The position numbers were made by a program, and so were the translations under genes. Source: Balanoglossus misakiensis (lineage: Eukaryota > Animalia > Hemichordata). Taken from it: DNA of 64,000 nucleotides. This document shows, one piece after another, positions 1 through 14,058 of this stretch. The first letter of the stretch is position 1, and every line of letters begins with the position of its first letter. The notes beneath the pieces were generated by a model that was not told where the DNA came from, did not search any database, and saw only the letters and a list, made by a program, of their open reading frames with translations. The DNA lies in NCBI GenBank assembly GCA_040954595.2, contig CM082593.2, positions 3,427,434-3,491,433 of the forward strand, in the 5' to 3' direction.

Positions 1-3000
1 GATGAAACTCAACCTAAAAAGGACCCACTCAAATATGAATGCCCATGTCTTTAAAAATTGATTATCTGCACTTTTTGTATTTAATTATTCAGGATGACCG
101 TCAGGCATTTTACAGTCATGTAAAAGTCCCTCCTGAGTTCTATGCCACAGTCATCCCTCACTGTTGCTATGGGGGTTCTGTTGTAGCAACAAGCACTAGC
201 AGCTAGGCACTATTGGTGTGGATTCCGTGTTTAATGATTTACAGAGCTGGAGAGCAAAGAAGCCAGTTAAATGTGGAAGTGTTTCTGTCAAATCTACAAA
301 TGTGGTTGTCGGTTTTTATTAGATTAAAACCTGAGCGTGATGAATGTTTGATAAAGGATGCTTAATAATTGGCAGCCAAATGGGTATTTTTCTCAGCGTC
401 AAGCATGTCTACCTGTCACTTGACTCGGGCTGTAAAAACCCCATGCTCTTTTGGCAAATGCTTTGTGATTCAGTTTACTGCTGACAGCCGTCAAACAAAA
501 TAACCAAGTACATGGAACAGTTTGCAGCTTTCTGCATGTGAGATCGGTGACCCGCAAGGCTAAATGCATTCTAACACAAAGGTGGTTTTCCTATTTGCTG
601 GAGTCTCATGATGAATGACATCACGTCCACTCTTATCAACACCATCACTCTGTTTGTACATACAGTCTTGATGTCACAATGACATCTGATCAGAGAAAAC
701 ACATTAAAAATACACCATAATTTCGATACGCTTGTTCCTTATTACTGTTTCTATTCTGGAAAAAAATTATAATGGGTGTACATTCTTCCATACCATTTAA
801 CTGTTGCATTTTTGGACACAGAAGTTTCTGTGACAAATTTATGAACATCTAATACTCGATAAATTTTTTATTACGCCCTTTTAGGAGCTATTCATTTTAA
901 TTTACTGCTACCCAGTTTCCCCCTAAGAACCTTACAACATGTAAAAATTTAACTACACATGTACTACAGTAGGTTCATTCTATATTTTCATATCATACAT
1001 TCCTGCATGGTCAAATATACATGTAAGCTCGACAGCCACTGTGTAAACACGCATGTGATTATATTGTCAGCGACAATTTTGAGACTACAAGTCAATTTCC
1101 TGATCGTACAGTGTAATATTCTCCCTCCTACAGTGCAAGTCATAAACCGGTCTCCACGTTCATATTTGAATCATTTCTAAGCAATATTTTATCATCTTTT
1201 GCTGCTTTGATCTTTCACCGAGAAATGTGATCCAAGTCATAAAATTTGAGATTCGCTGGAGCATAAAGTGATGGCTTTTAATGATTTTTTTTGTTTCCAT
1301 GGTAATAGTGGGTATAACGAGAGATAGAATGGGTTAGAGTGAGAGTGAGAAAGAGACACTCAGTCTTTGTTGAAGTGAAATCGTTGTGTCTGGTTACCAT
1401 GGTAATGTATCATTCAAGATTCAAGAAATGGCATAAGTTGAATTGAATAATGAAATGATCTGTGATTATTGTGATATCAACTCTGTTATCAACTTTGTTT
1501 TAACAAATACACATCATGTGAAACTAAATTATATATGCACTCAGTGAGATCAGATGTCTGTAAGTGAAATTTAAACTCTCAGTTAATTACATCAACACGC
1601 ATATATTATTTAATGTGTCCATTCTCTGCTAAACTTGGCCGGGAGGCTAAGAAATCTTGTTCTGCAAGATTAAACAACCATTTCCCAAAACACAGATGTT
1701 TTAAAAACATGCAAACAGGATATTGCGTTACAAATTGGGGTTATTGTGCTTACGCCCAAGGTATGAGGTGATTGCCTGTTAATATCCAGGACTGTTCAGA
1801 GTTATTAACTGCCACAAATGTCTTTCACATTTCATCATTCTTTTTAGTTTATTGCACTGCAAAATTACACCTTCCAAATCAATTTATGAAATATTATGCG
1901 TGCTTAAGCACAGAATCATTTATGTAAAAAGATAGGTCAATTACATAATTCTCAAAACAGTGATCAAGGCAGCCATGGTACAAAATGGTTAATGAGTTTA
2001 TAGGTGTTCGTAGAGATATTACCCTCATTTACTCATTTTATGCTTATTATCTTTAATGAGCACCCTAATTGACTCCCTTTGTTTATCAACAGCAGTCATT
2101 CGCTCTATTATTCTACATGTCATTTGCATAGTAAGGCTTGTTAGGAGCTGTAACCAAGCAACCGGCCATGGTGACCTGGACCTTTGACCTCTGGGTTCAT
2201 TACACCTCTTCTGGGATATTCGGCTGTGTTATAGAGGGGGGTCATTACACTGGCATTCTCAATGGATGTTTAGAATTTTCAACAAAAGGGAAGTATCGCC
2301 CTGGGCGTGTTTTCATGCTGGCTTTTTGCAAACGGCAGAAAGGTACATGTAATGCATTGACAAAGTTTGCTCAGAACTGGCTTGATTGTGTTGGCTGGCC
2401 AGACAGCCTGGCAAATAGGAGTATACATGCGCTAATGCCTTTTGAAAATGAAGTACTACCATTTATACACCTGAACAAGGCATCTGAGTTTTTTATTCGA
2501 CTTTCATAATACTAAAATTATACTGCATAATATATGGCAGGTGATCGATTTAATGCACCTTTTGTCAAATTGTCAATGAGTGCCAATCTAAATATAGTAA
2601 TATATAAGTACCTTAACATGTATGGTTGGAGGTTAAATTCGGTATGAATAACTTTAAAAATTACATAATTGAGAAGCTTGGTATATTAGCACTAATTTGG
2701 TAGAAAATGGGGCAATTATTTGATGTGAATCATGTCCGTTAATGTGTAAATGTGTCCAACGGGTCACTTGAGTCAACACAAACTACTCAGTGAATTCCGG
2801 GGGTGATTTATACTGGTGTATCCAATAGTTACTTTGGGCTGGTGGCTCTGACGTGAATTTACAGATACATTTACTGGAGTTTGTGAACCATGTATACACA
2901 CACCCAAGGACCTGCATGAATACATGTGATGTACAGACACAAAGCAAACTGTGACGCAATATGAAATCTAATCAGAAATTGTGTTAACATAAAGCCTCTT

Positions 3001-4000
3001 CACGTCGAAGAACACAGCGCCATGGTTGCAAGTACCAGGACTTAGACAGAATTACAACTTCTATAAAATGCTAATCCTTCACGACAATTCACGGATTTAG
3101 CATTCAAAACAAATGCTGATAAGCGATTATTAGGCAATGTCGGCTGTCGTGATGTTCAGTCTTAACAACTTTAAGATGCTTTTATTCGTCATGTTGCCAT
3201 GAAAGTTTGTTAAGTCAAGGTGTGAAATTTTGTGTAGGTAATTTGCCCAATAACTTTTGGAAATAGGGACCTAAACTAAAAGAGCTGACACCATCTTAAG
3301 TTGTTTACTTGCACGCATGTCTCGACGCAAACATAAACAGCTTCTGTCTGACTGTAACTTTTACAACCATATTATCCTTTACAGAAAGAAACTCTGAATA
3401 CAATTCTGAGTTGATCCCCCATTGCGCAGTTTCTTTCCTCCAGGGTCACTTTAGGGCATTTCTTATTGGCTCTGGCTTTATACGTTTCATAGTATTTGGC
3501 TGAACGTTTCTTTGCTTTGGTCTGCAATTTATGTATAGTGTGAATTGGGCAAGCAAGAGTTCCCTTCCAGGTATACAAGAACACGTAATGTTTCTTGGAG
3601 AGTAGCCAACCACTGAACACTAATATAAAATCGCTATGGTGTAAAAATACATGCCTCACTACCAACCCCTTCAGAATCTCTGTAAATTAACACCCCTGGT
3701 TTCTACAGCTGTTTTTTAGTGGTGACCTATATTCGGGGCTTGATTGTTCAAACACCTGGATTAAGGGATGGTATTAATGCCCCTGAATGCATGAACACAT
3801 ACACTTAATGTATGTATAATGACCCTACAGCAGATGTGTCGCAGTTTCCACACAGTTCAACTTTCTACTTCGGTTTGAGTTGTGGTTATGATTTTTTTCT
3901 TCTCAATTTGTCCCTCCTGTACTATTTTTGCCTAAACGGAAAAATTGCCACAGAGCAGATGCCTTCTTTGCGATCCGCAAAGCATGCTGGGATACCTCAC

Positions 4001-4229
4001 CTTTGATATGCCGAACTCTGGCCGGATGTGGATTATGTCTGGCGAAGAACGCGCTCTGGCTGAGCTGACCGAACCGTGCGCTGGCCATCGTCGCCGGGCG
4101 AGAGCCGGCGAAATCCTTCCTGGTGGTCGGCAGCAGAGCTGTCCTTGTGTTGTGTTCTGGGATGCTTCCCATGGTGCCTCTCACCAGGAGAGGTTCATTT
4201 GTGGACGGAATAAATGTTTCCACTGGCAT
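4001..4229 (-). CDS. TBATA: First coding exon of a TBATA/C4orf17 (SPATIAL domain) family protein; downstream exons not located
   Basis: Translation is MPVETFIPST...SARFGQLSQSAFFARHNPHPARVRHIKG, which matches the family motif FGxLSxxxFFxRHxPHPxxVxHI as I recall it. There is a polypyrimidine acceptor ttttattttccag (exon starts at 4247), ATG at 4229, and a phase-1 donor AAAG|GTGAGG at 4001/4000. Confidence 0.72.
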
Positions 4230-7200
4230 TGTTTAGGAAACTGCAATCTGGAAAATAAAAGGAATATATTCTCAGATGATGGAAGTGCAAAAGTATACAC
4301 AACGAACCAGGAATACGTGCTTTAGATTGCCCCCCTTCCCGGATAATTTAAGACTATCCCTTCTCCTTGTCTATTTGATTGAAAGATGTTATTGCTATAT
4401 GTTTCCTTTCTACATGAAATCAACACTGAATCATTGGAATCAACATCCATATTTTATTGAACTGTTTTTCTTATCTGATGAAGAAACAATTTATGGTGAA
4501 AGGTTGAAAGGTGTGTTTGTGGGCAAACGGTTCCGTCCAAAGTTTATGCACCCAACCTAATACTTAAAGTGTGTTGTGTTGTTGACAGGTGGTGTGTGTC
4601 AGCCATCGCAGTGGCAAAATCTAGTTACAGGGTTACAGAAGATAATTTAAAGATTTTTCTCTCTGTCTCAGCTCCCAATCTCAAATACACCATCTACCCA
4701 ACACTAAAGAGGGCTGCCACGAACGTCAGTTAGTTACACCTGAATTTGCTCACTTAGAAGTCCATATTTTACTATAACTGTCTCAACCACAAGTACGTCG
4801 GCAAACACTGGGTCGGGCAGTTACCAAGCTCTTGGCAAACAATTTGGACTGGTGTGCGCAATCTGAGAGTCAACACTCACAGATCAGCCACAAAGCCACG
4901 TCCAAAGTCTCAGGTGTGCCATCAGTTGTGACTTCAATTTGCGTGGGTGGGTCAATATTTGAATGTCACTGCGCAAAGTTGAAGTTCATTTTGGATTGCA
5001 ATATTGGTGGCAGTACTTGCATAACCAAGCCTACTAATTGTTAGCTCTAGGTTTTCATTAATTTCTAAGGAGTGCACGCAATCATTTTATTTGGCCTCCC
5101 CAACTTTATGGAGCTGTTTATGTCTGGCATAAAATGGTCATTAGCATGTCACTCAAAGTTTGAGAGCAGTTGGTGGAATATTGCCTTCACACGAAGGCTA
5201 CATCAACTTGAATTGTTCATGCTTTTAACATCTTCAAATTTGTTTCCCATATTGTTGTACATTTCATTTGCATTGCATGACTTGCACCATGGGTCAACAG
5301 TCAAGTTTCAAAATCAAAACACATACAGGTAATTTTCAGTAAACATCTTTCGGTAGACAATAAACAAAACTTGTTCACACAACTCAGTGCGTTACTGTCT
5401 GCTGGCTTCCATTGTTGCAGTCACAGGTGACCTGTCGTGGGATGACCCCGTCGCCATGGCAGCAGGAAGCTATGCTGTCCGCCTGACAGACTTTGAAAAA
5501 ACATTAAACAGACCTCATTGTTGTTGTACTTGGAAATGACATGTGTACATGTAGTCCGAAATGGACACAGAATTAGAAGAAAAACCAAATCAACATTGAC
5601 AGCATTGGCGACGCAAGGTTACCATTGGCATGCGCATGGTGACCATCAAAATGTTGGGGGAGGGGGGTTATTTACGGAAAAGTGCCAAGATTTTTCACTA
5701 CGCACCATGCAAGCACGATTGCTAATGATTTCTTGGCAAACAGTTATGCTTATTAACACCTCTGTGAGACTTCTGTTGGTAATTTAATTTAAAATGGACG
5801 ACTTTGCAGTAGCTATTGTGAGGAGAAAGTTACAAGACCGGTTCCCGCCATGACTTCGTCCGTGCTCCCACCGATCGAATAATCTGTTCCTGAATGGATT
5901 CTTAAAACCTCCATAACTGATGAAAAGAACTGCACTGCGCGGGTTGTAAGGAACGCATCTTTGCTCATTGGCATACGATTACAAGTATTCAGAGCCGCAT
6001 AGAAATGGACACAGTGTAAATGTATTTACGTAAGCACCTTACCCATGTCATCGCCAGCCGACCGAGGAATAAGACTATTGTGGCTCTAAATGCATTTGTT
6101 AAGCCGTTTTAACATATAAATCGTACTTCGTGACCATTTCTGTTTTCATTACTCTCTCTCTCTCTACCCCTGACTGAGGGAAGAGGGTTGGGGTGCGGGT
6201 ACATCAAGTCACCAGGGCCAGTTCAAGCCTTACTATTCCATCAATCACAAAATGCTACGGATGAATTGTTCGTCGATCCCTATCTATCGTCTCCGAAGTT
6301 GAAGTATGTCCCCCTCTCTCAAAGTATATAAATAAGGCAAACCAAGTGGGTTGTACCAGTTGCACTTATCGTGCCAGACACAAGCAAACACTGGCATTTT
6401 CGCTGAAAAGAATATCACGCTGTATACCGAATGGTGTTGCTAGGTCTTGCGACTACATCGCATTTTTGCGGTCAAAATAAAAACATCTTTGTGCTGTCGC
6501 TCTATTTGTGCCAACCGCCCAGTGGCAACAGTAGTGTGTACAAAATGACCGATAAGTCATTTGAATGGAAATAGGCACAAAGAAAGACACGTTTAACGAG
6601 GCATTCGAGGCCCAACATTTCTTTCAAATCTCCAGTCGAAAAGAAAACGATGTATTATGCAGACATGGGGCGGGTAAATTAATGAAAAACATCCCTGTAC
6701 GGAAGGAGAAAAAGTGACAACGCAAACGAACAGGTGCAGCTATTTTTTTTTTCGGTTGACGGACTGATTCAATGTCGATGTCTTGGAGACTGACAACACC
6801 ACAAAACAGCCGCCGGGGGCCAGGACGGAGTTTCTATTGTCTGGTCAAGGATGGTCACACAAAAGAGACTACTGTTGCCGAAACATCAAGTGTAAAGGCG
6901 TTCATCAAGTGCTCCCGGGAGAAGCTAGCAACTTTAATTCACAGCGCCTGAATTTGGTGGCCGTTTTGACAATGTGGTTCACAAGTTGAAGACGTTACCA
7001 AGGAACGGGAACTGAACATGGGCCAGTGGTCCCCCTATGCAGTGCGTGTATCATCGCTGTGAAGTGAACCAAGCGTGATGGTCAATACGTATCTCCACGT
7101 ACATATCGACCCGTACGTTTTCAGAACTCGTTTCTAGAATACACACGCGTGACAAGCCAATAAAACAATAAGACCATGACATGGACATTAGACATGGTTC

Positions 7201-9749
7201 TTGAATGATAATTACACGTCGCTGTTGATTAGAGCGTTTGTGTCATATCCGATGTGGGCAAGAAAATTTCCGGTTCGAGTCACGTGTTTGAAACAACAGG
7301 TCTCCGCAACACGTCATCGCATCAACAGGTTGCTGTGCACTTTGTTAGACTAAACATTTCACTTCAGCAGCCTTTCCGTCATCTTTCAGCGGTTGAAATT
7401 GTTATATCTGTTCGTTCAATGTGGTCTAGAGTTTTTTTGTTTACCTCTGGACATTCCTGGTCAAATTGCCGATGGTAATGCCATTTTTGGCTTAGCTCGA
7501 GTGCTGGGATTCCGGAGGAGTTTGAAATACCGCGGCATTTGAAGGATGCGTGTATGTCTTAATGACTACCCAGTTTTGTCAATCCGAACTACAATGTGCA
7601 ATACAATTTGTGCAGTTCATACAAACGCATACTTTCACTGCAAACGCAGGCACATTTCTGTACAACCATCACATTATTTTTTCCAATTTCCTGTCTCTGC
7701 TTGTCGACGAACTGTGAAACTCCTGACAAACGATCTGCGCAGATATTATTGGCGCGTGTCAGTCAACAAGTCAGTGTTTGTGCAATCTATCATAGCGTGA
7801 CAGCGTTAATTAAGTAATGGAGAAATTCGTTAGTGTTATGGAAACACAGGCTTCATACACGCGTTACCCTTAAGCCACATTTGAATAAAGTAATACGCTT
7901 GGTGAATTGTACGTCCAGGGTAATTCTCTTATCAACCATAATATAAAATCATGTTAATTATATATATGCGTCCTAGCAACGAACATTGTTCATTATCTGT
8001 CCATTGAATTAATCTAACTCTAATTATGCAAATCAAGGGCAGCTATGAATTATGAATATTCTTTGTTATTGTCAAATCACGTGACTCCTGTTATTCCCCA
8101 CTGTAAATATTACATGCGATGCCACGAGTAAAGTTTTTATGGAAAATCGACAATGCTAGGACAACCATAAACAATGCATGATCGTGATATTTTATTTAAA
8201 GTTGGCTTGTTGACCACTCTGTTTTGGCCAACGGGTGTCATGATCGCGAACCGCGACGACTGAACGGTTAGTAACAAACATGAATATGGGTAGTAGCTTT
8301 CAGTTATATAACTACATGTAGAACAATTCAGTTCAACCACTGACCGCCCCTTTCTTGTGGTGAAGAACAAATACGAGACCAAGCAACGGTAAACAAAGCA
8401 AAATACTCCAGTGTAGGAGTGGAAAACGACCAATAACTGTTGACTAATACCTGCGCTTTGGTGTCTCAAAACATTTGGTCGGCCGTTTACCTGTGACCCG
8501 GTGCGCTGGTCTCCGAGTCTCACCTGGGCTTGACCAGGACTGGTTGCAATATTTCTAGTACGAGAACTAAAACAACTACAGGAGCAAAGGTCGGCGATAT
8601 GTCCGACAGGTTGAGTATTGTAAAGGCCGTGTATCTACTCAGCGGCAGTAATTTGTATGCTCTATATTCCCTCAGCTTTTTGCGACGAGTTTTCGCGTTT
8701 GGTTTACAGCACAATGATTCCCGTGAATTTTAAATCTAAAGCGACAATCACCAATTTCGATACTGGCCGATTCAAGACGTTCCTTGACCAGTTGCCATGG
8801 ATACAGGCACTTACGTTATGCGCGCGAAAAGTCCGCGTGAGTTCAGCGGTGACCCCCTGTCCTCGGACGAGAATCGTCACGGTGTGTTTGTCGCGGGGAC
8901 CGAGTATACAAACACTACACCGGCGACCTTTTGCTGATAAGCGCCGAAATCAATTTCACAAGTGATGACATTTTATGGACTAAAACAGTCCGACATATCC
9001 ATGGAAAAGAAATCAACAACGGAGGTGCTTAGGAAATTGATTTTGCTGTAAATTTCAAGAGCCAAGATTATGTTCCGTATTGTGTGCTATTGTTACGCGC
9101 TGTTTAGGAGTTCGATGCACAGATCGACGCTTATTCCAACGACGTGCCAGTTCAAAGGTTAGATGTTGTGAATGCTGCCGAGTAAACTGGTTCAACTGAT
9201 TTTTTCTCGATTTCTTTGTGGCAGCCACCGTCACTCGCGCCGCGATCTGTTTAGGGTCAGTGGGGGCGTGAGTTGGTTTACTGTGCGATTGTATTTTGAA
9301 CTTGACCGAGACGAAATTGACACTTGGGCGCAAATACATACCCCCACGGGAACTAAAGGAAGGTGACTTCAGATACATTTCAGCTACTGAGCAGCAAAGG
9401 AATCGTGTAAATTTGTTTTCAAATCTACTAAAAGAGTATGATCCCTCGTTCCACAAAAATGGGGTGTTTTTACCCGACTGAGAAGGCATTTTATGATGCG
9501 GTGGAGATCTCCACACAAACAACACGCTCCTGCGATGGACGACGAATTGAAACCAAGAAAACCACAAATAAAGCAAAGAAACTATCTGTATTTTTAGCTA
9601 GATGTTATGTATAGGGGATGTGATACAGAAAAGCGGAAAAAAACAATCATCACATTTGCAAAGATACTGTAGTTTAATTCTGAAAAATTCTGTATGTATG
9701 TAAGTAAGAAGGATGGTTCTATTGCATCCATAAAGTCTGCAGTACTTAC

Positions 9750-9868
9750 CAGCAACGGAGGCCTGCTGAAGAACTCTGGAAAAAAACGACTTTGAACTTT
9801 CCAAATCGACCCGGTGCGTTACTTGACACACCTGTTACTATCACTACCGGGGCGGTGAGATTAATAAC
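9750..9868 (-). other. Candidate 119-nt exon (possibly a 5' UTR exon of the TBATA-like gene)
   Basis: Strong acceptor gttcgctttccttcacag| and a perfect donor CTG|GTAAGT; same strand as, and upstream of, the 4247 acceptor. Confidence 0.4.
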
Positions 9869-11315
9869 CTGTGAAGGAAAGCGAACGTGGAAACGGAAAC
9901 CGTGTTAGCACAGCGACAGGTGCATGCAATCATGGGACCGAGTGTACACACAACACCTATAGGTTTACCTCCAAGTTTGCGGCTATACAGATCTAGATCG
10001 CGTCGATCGCAGCGTATTATACTAAAAAATCACCGCTGGGTTGTACAGTTCGGCACAGAACAATAAAACAGATACCACTGTTGTGCGTGTCTCACAACGA
10101 TAGTTTACAACAATATCGACACCACGTACAGTGAACCATGTGTTCGAGCGCAACGGCACACTAAGTCCGATCAACCTCGATAAAAACTACATCGCTCCTA
10201 CAAATTCCACCGAAAACGGGCACATATGCCCTGGGAAAGGATTGCTTCGACTCGTTGGACGCAAAATGCACGATATGTTTGGCCAAACTTCATTAAAAAC
10301 TCGGTTGAGGGTAGGACATACCTGCCTGTCTAGTTGCACTGTTTCGCCACGTAAAGAGACCTGCAGACTATACCATCGACTATTGTCAGACAAATGATTG
10401 GACAGCGCGTTGCTATGGGACGCCTCGCCAGCCAGTAAATGATTCATGTATACATTTCATTATGTCCTATTGTTATTCAAATTACCCAACTCCCACAGTG
10501 CTTCGTGCGGAGAGAAAGTTTCTTGGGGAGCGGGTGGTGATTTAAAAAATAAATCCACGGCGTTAAGTCTACCTTAATATTTTTAATTTACATTATTTAG
10601 ACGTGTGAAAAACAATGTCTCAACAGTCTCCCTAAATCTCTAGCATAGGTGTGGTATAATAAAAACAAACAAATATGTATTGCTATGGTGGAAGCGATCG
10701 ATATCAGGCGATCGATACCGTCGGTAGTACGACACAGCTTAGCCGTGTAAGAAATACCAACGTTGTTAACAAGTTAATGGCGCTTTCAATGGAAAAATAA
10801 TTGCTCCTGTGTCTGGTGGCGCGCTCTTGACCGGTGATTGACGCGAACGACAGCCCAAAATGAGATACCGTGTCCGCTTTTCTGTCGGTTTTATGATCGA
10901 AGGGAATAAATATCCACAGGAACCGCGTAATTTCTCGGTGATTGGTGTGCAAAAGACCAATGTAAACATTGAATGCTCAGTAACAATGTATGTCTGTATA
11001 GGTGTTTTGAACTCGACACAAATCTCGGCCAGTCAACTGCGCGACTATGATGTACCAGAGGGCGCACTTTGCGATTGCACGATAGAGGGGACTAGTATTG
11101 ACAGTGTGTTTGGCGTATTGGCACGAACAGCAACCACATGACCTACAACAACTTACTATATTTCCACTACCAACTAACTAACAACCTTAGGCCTGCTAAC
11201 TCTATTGTATTCCCAGGGCAAGCTCTTGTCTACAATACAATAGGCAATACAATCAATATACACCTACTCGCATAACTTTTCCATTGACCACGTGGTGGCG
11301 CACTTGTCATCGCGT

Positions 11316-11385
11316 GGCCACCCGAGTGAAAATCTGTGGTCGCCTAGATCTTGACTTTACATGGTAACTTTGACTGAATTTGCAA
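11316..11385 (+). repeat. Diverged third fragment of the same repeat family
   Basis: gtgaaaatctgtggtcgcctagatcttgactttacatggtaactttgactgaatttgca resembles the core of the 16492 and 41532 copies. Confidence 0.5.
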
Positions 11386-12842
11386 CCTTTACAATGCATA
11401 CAACATACATGTAAGTTGGTATTCTACCCGCATTTGAGCCGTACGCATGCGCCAACCGGTCTTCCCAAAAGAAGACTCCATTAACATTTTATGTTCTATC
11501 ATCTGTAAGAGAAAAGTTTGCCAACAGCAAATCCACTCATATTCACTAGTCCCTTTCTGCCATTATTATTTCCCCGCCCACCTATACCTCCCACCACTTC
11601 TACAAAGTCAGAGGAACCCTAATTCGATGACTTGTATGATGAGAAAAGACAGATTGTTAATTTGCAAAGGGTTTTTGCTAAATCGAGAGTGTCCGCTTCG
11701 GGTCGTTCTTCAAACGTCAAGGACTTGAATACCCAGGCGCGTGCGTCATTGGAGAAAAATGCACCGCGAACTCAATCACTGGAGATGAACACTCTTCCGC
11801 TGCCGTCATCCCAGCGGCGCGCTGAATTTGCAAAGTTGGTCACGACTTCGCGAGATTCTTGCTTAGGGGTTGGAGTATCTTGTACCTAATGCATACACTG
11901 ACAACTGTGTCTCTAGGGCTCGGTGTCGAATTCTCGAACAGGTGCTCCAAGTTGGATTTCGCACAAGCACAGATCATCCCGTGGCGTAAAGGAAGGAGTT
12001 TCTCCTTTCGAGTTTTCACCGGATATTGTCTCAGGACAGCCGGCATTTTGTTATAGTCGTTTGAGTGTCGTCTGGAGCAGAGCTGTTGTAGCCAGTTGTT
12101 GCACATACGTGACAATTGAATATCTTAAGATTATTTTGTAAATTTCCTACTTTTGTTCTTCAAGTAAAGTAACTCATAGATATATTCAAGTATACAAGGG
12201 TTCTGGGCTATCATATCATCCGGACTCATTTAATGAACGGTGTCGTTGCAATTTGGTGACGTCATGTGGAAAGGCTACACGTAAAAATAAATAAGCTTTG
12301 CGCCGCGGTCCCAGTTAAATTTAATGTTCCGTAATTTAGACTTCTGAGTAAGAAGTCAATAAAAATGTGAAGTGGAAAAGATCAAATAAGTAGTAATGAA
12401 ACAAATGAGTAGTAATTCCAATGTTGTAGAATGGATAAGTAGGTTTGGAATTGGATTTCGTTGTTAAGATGTCGGCTAAGGCGAATGTTGGAACTTTCTT
12501 GATTCACTTGAATAATTAATGAGACAGTGTAGTCCTTTCTTGTATGGATGCCAGATGAACCGTTTATGAATATTTCAATGCATTACACCGCCGGACTGCT
12601 AAGTATGTGGCCCCTGGTCTATAAATGAATACATATGTAATGAAGTTCAAGTCTCATGAATTTAGAATGTGCTTTCAAAAAAATAAGGGCAAGGCATCGT
12701 TCTAATCATTTCTCGGGGAATTCTGCAGCATATTTTCTAAATATTGCTATTGTCAATATAGCGTGTTTGTATAGGGAAATCCAGCACTCCGGAAGTTTAA
12801 CATGTTTAAACGCAGCCCACTGAATGACGGAAATAGTGATGG

Positions 12843-12982
12843 AACTCAGTCTACTATGACGTCACATATCCAAAGCTTCGATATGCTAATACTCAGTCTA
12901 CTATAGATGGTACGCTATATTTGCATTTGAGCTCCACCCACTGATTGACGTCACATATTAAAAGCTTCCATATGCTAATACC
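12843..12982. promoter_or_regulatory. Locally duplicated CRE + octamer module
   Basis: TGACGTCACATAT..AAAGCTTC.ATATGCTAATAC occurs at 12857 and 12946, ACTCAGTCTACTAT occurs twice, and ATTTGCAT lies between the two modules. Confidence 0.35.
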
Positions 12983-13840
12983 TACGGTTACTCGATGGAA
13001 ATAGTGGATGACACTGCACGTTGCAATTTATGTTGTTGAAAAATATCTAATTTGCTCCATTCCTTACTATCAATCACGTGATATACGTTTGCGTAGAATT
13101 TGACCTTCTCCAACTCAATGAGGAGAAGATAAAAAATGCGCATCTTGAAGATGTAAACCGGAAAACAATTTGCTCAAGAGTGATCCCTTTTCAATCAACA
13201 ATGTCGTCGTGTAATTATATGGAAATCACGATTAGATGTGCAAATTGACTAAACCTCGCCAATAAGCATGTGAAATCTTCTCAAAACTGCGACTCCACGG
13301 GAAGAACTTATATTCATTTTTATCATTTTCACAAGATTGCGGAAACCTGCTGATTTCACACATGACAGACTTCTGCTGAATCTTAAGTATAAGGGAGTGT
13401 TTACTCTGAGGTTGAGTGGCCAAATTTCTGACGATGCACAACGGACAGCCAACTCAACCAATCTGACAAAATGTGTTCGGAAGTATTATTCATTGTGTCA
13501 CGTACTGCGTTTCCTGCACGTAATTTTAACGTCCTATCACTTCATTAAATGTGAGCTTAAACACGCAACCCATTAAAATCTACCTAAATCCCGACCTCTG
13601 CGATTGAGACTAACTTCCATCGATGCAGCTGGCTTTTACCTGTAGCAGAATAATTTACCCCTATTACCCATTTGACAGTTGTGATTTGCAAGAAGTCGGT
13701 ACAGGCAGTTTAGTTCACGAGTGACTTTGGAGGGAATGTCTTGTCAGGATCTTCTCTTAAATTTAAATAAAGTATTGAAATGCAAAACACATATTTAAAT
13801 GCAAATTAAGAGTTGATGGAGTGGTTATTCTTTTCTCCAT

Positions 13841-14058
13841 CCCTATATGACCTTACATCCTTGTACTTCCGTTTGTAAGGGGTTGTCAAAATTCAACATT
13901 TTGCGACATAAAACGTGCAAAATGTTAATTGAAAAACGGTCAATTGTCAGTGTAATTCAGAACACAATTTATTAATCCCAGGTGCAACTGTGTGTGTCTT
14001 TTAAGAAATTTAGACAACCGGATGAATTCATACCAACGGAAGTAAGGTCATGTAGGGG
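13841..14058. repeat. Inverted-repeat-bounded element (degenerate MITE-like)
   Basis: ccctatatgacctta[...]cttccgtt at 13841-13873 is the reverse complement of aacggaagtaaggtcatgtaggg at 14035-14057, apart from a ~11-bp insertion and one mismatch. Confidence 0.5.

Noticed and set aside
83-205. Possible next TBATA-like exon (minus-strand RTPIATVRDD resembles the family motif xPICxVxD)
   Set aside because: No convincing phase-1 acceptor gives the expected GLxxxP junction, and the frame stops shortly afterwards; probably chance.
9055-9576. Longest ORF in the track (173 aa, minus strand)
   Set aside because: No recognisable domain, non-ATG start and random-like composition.
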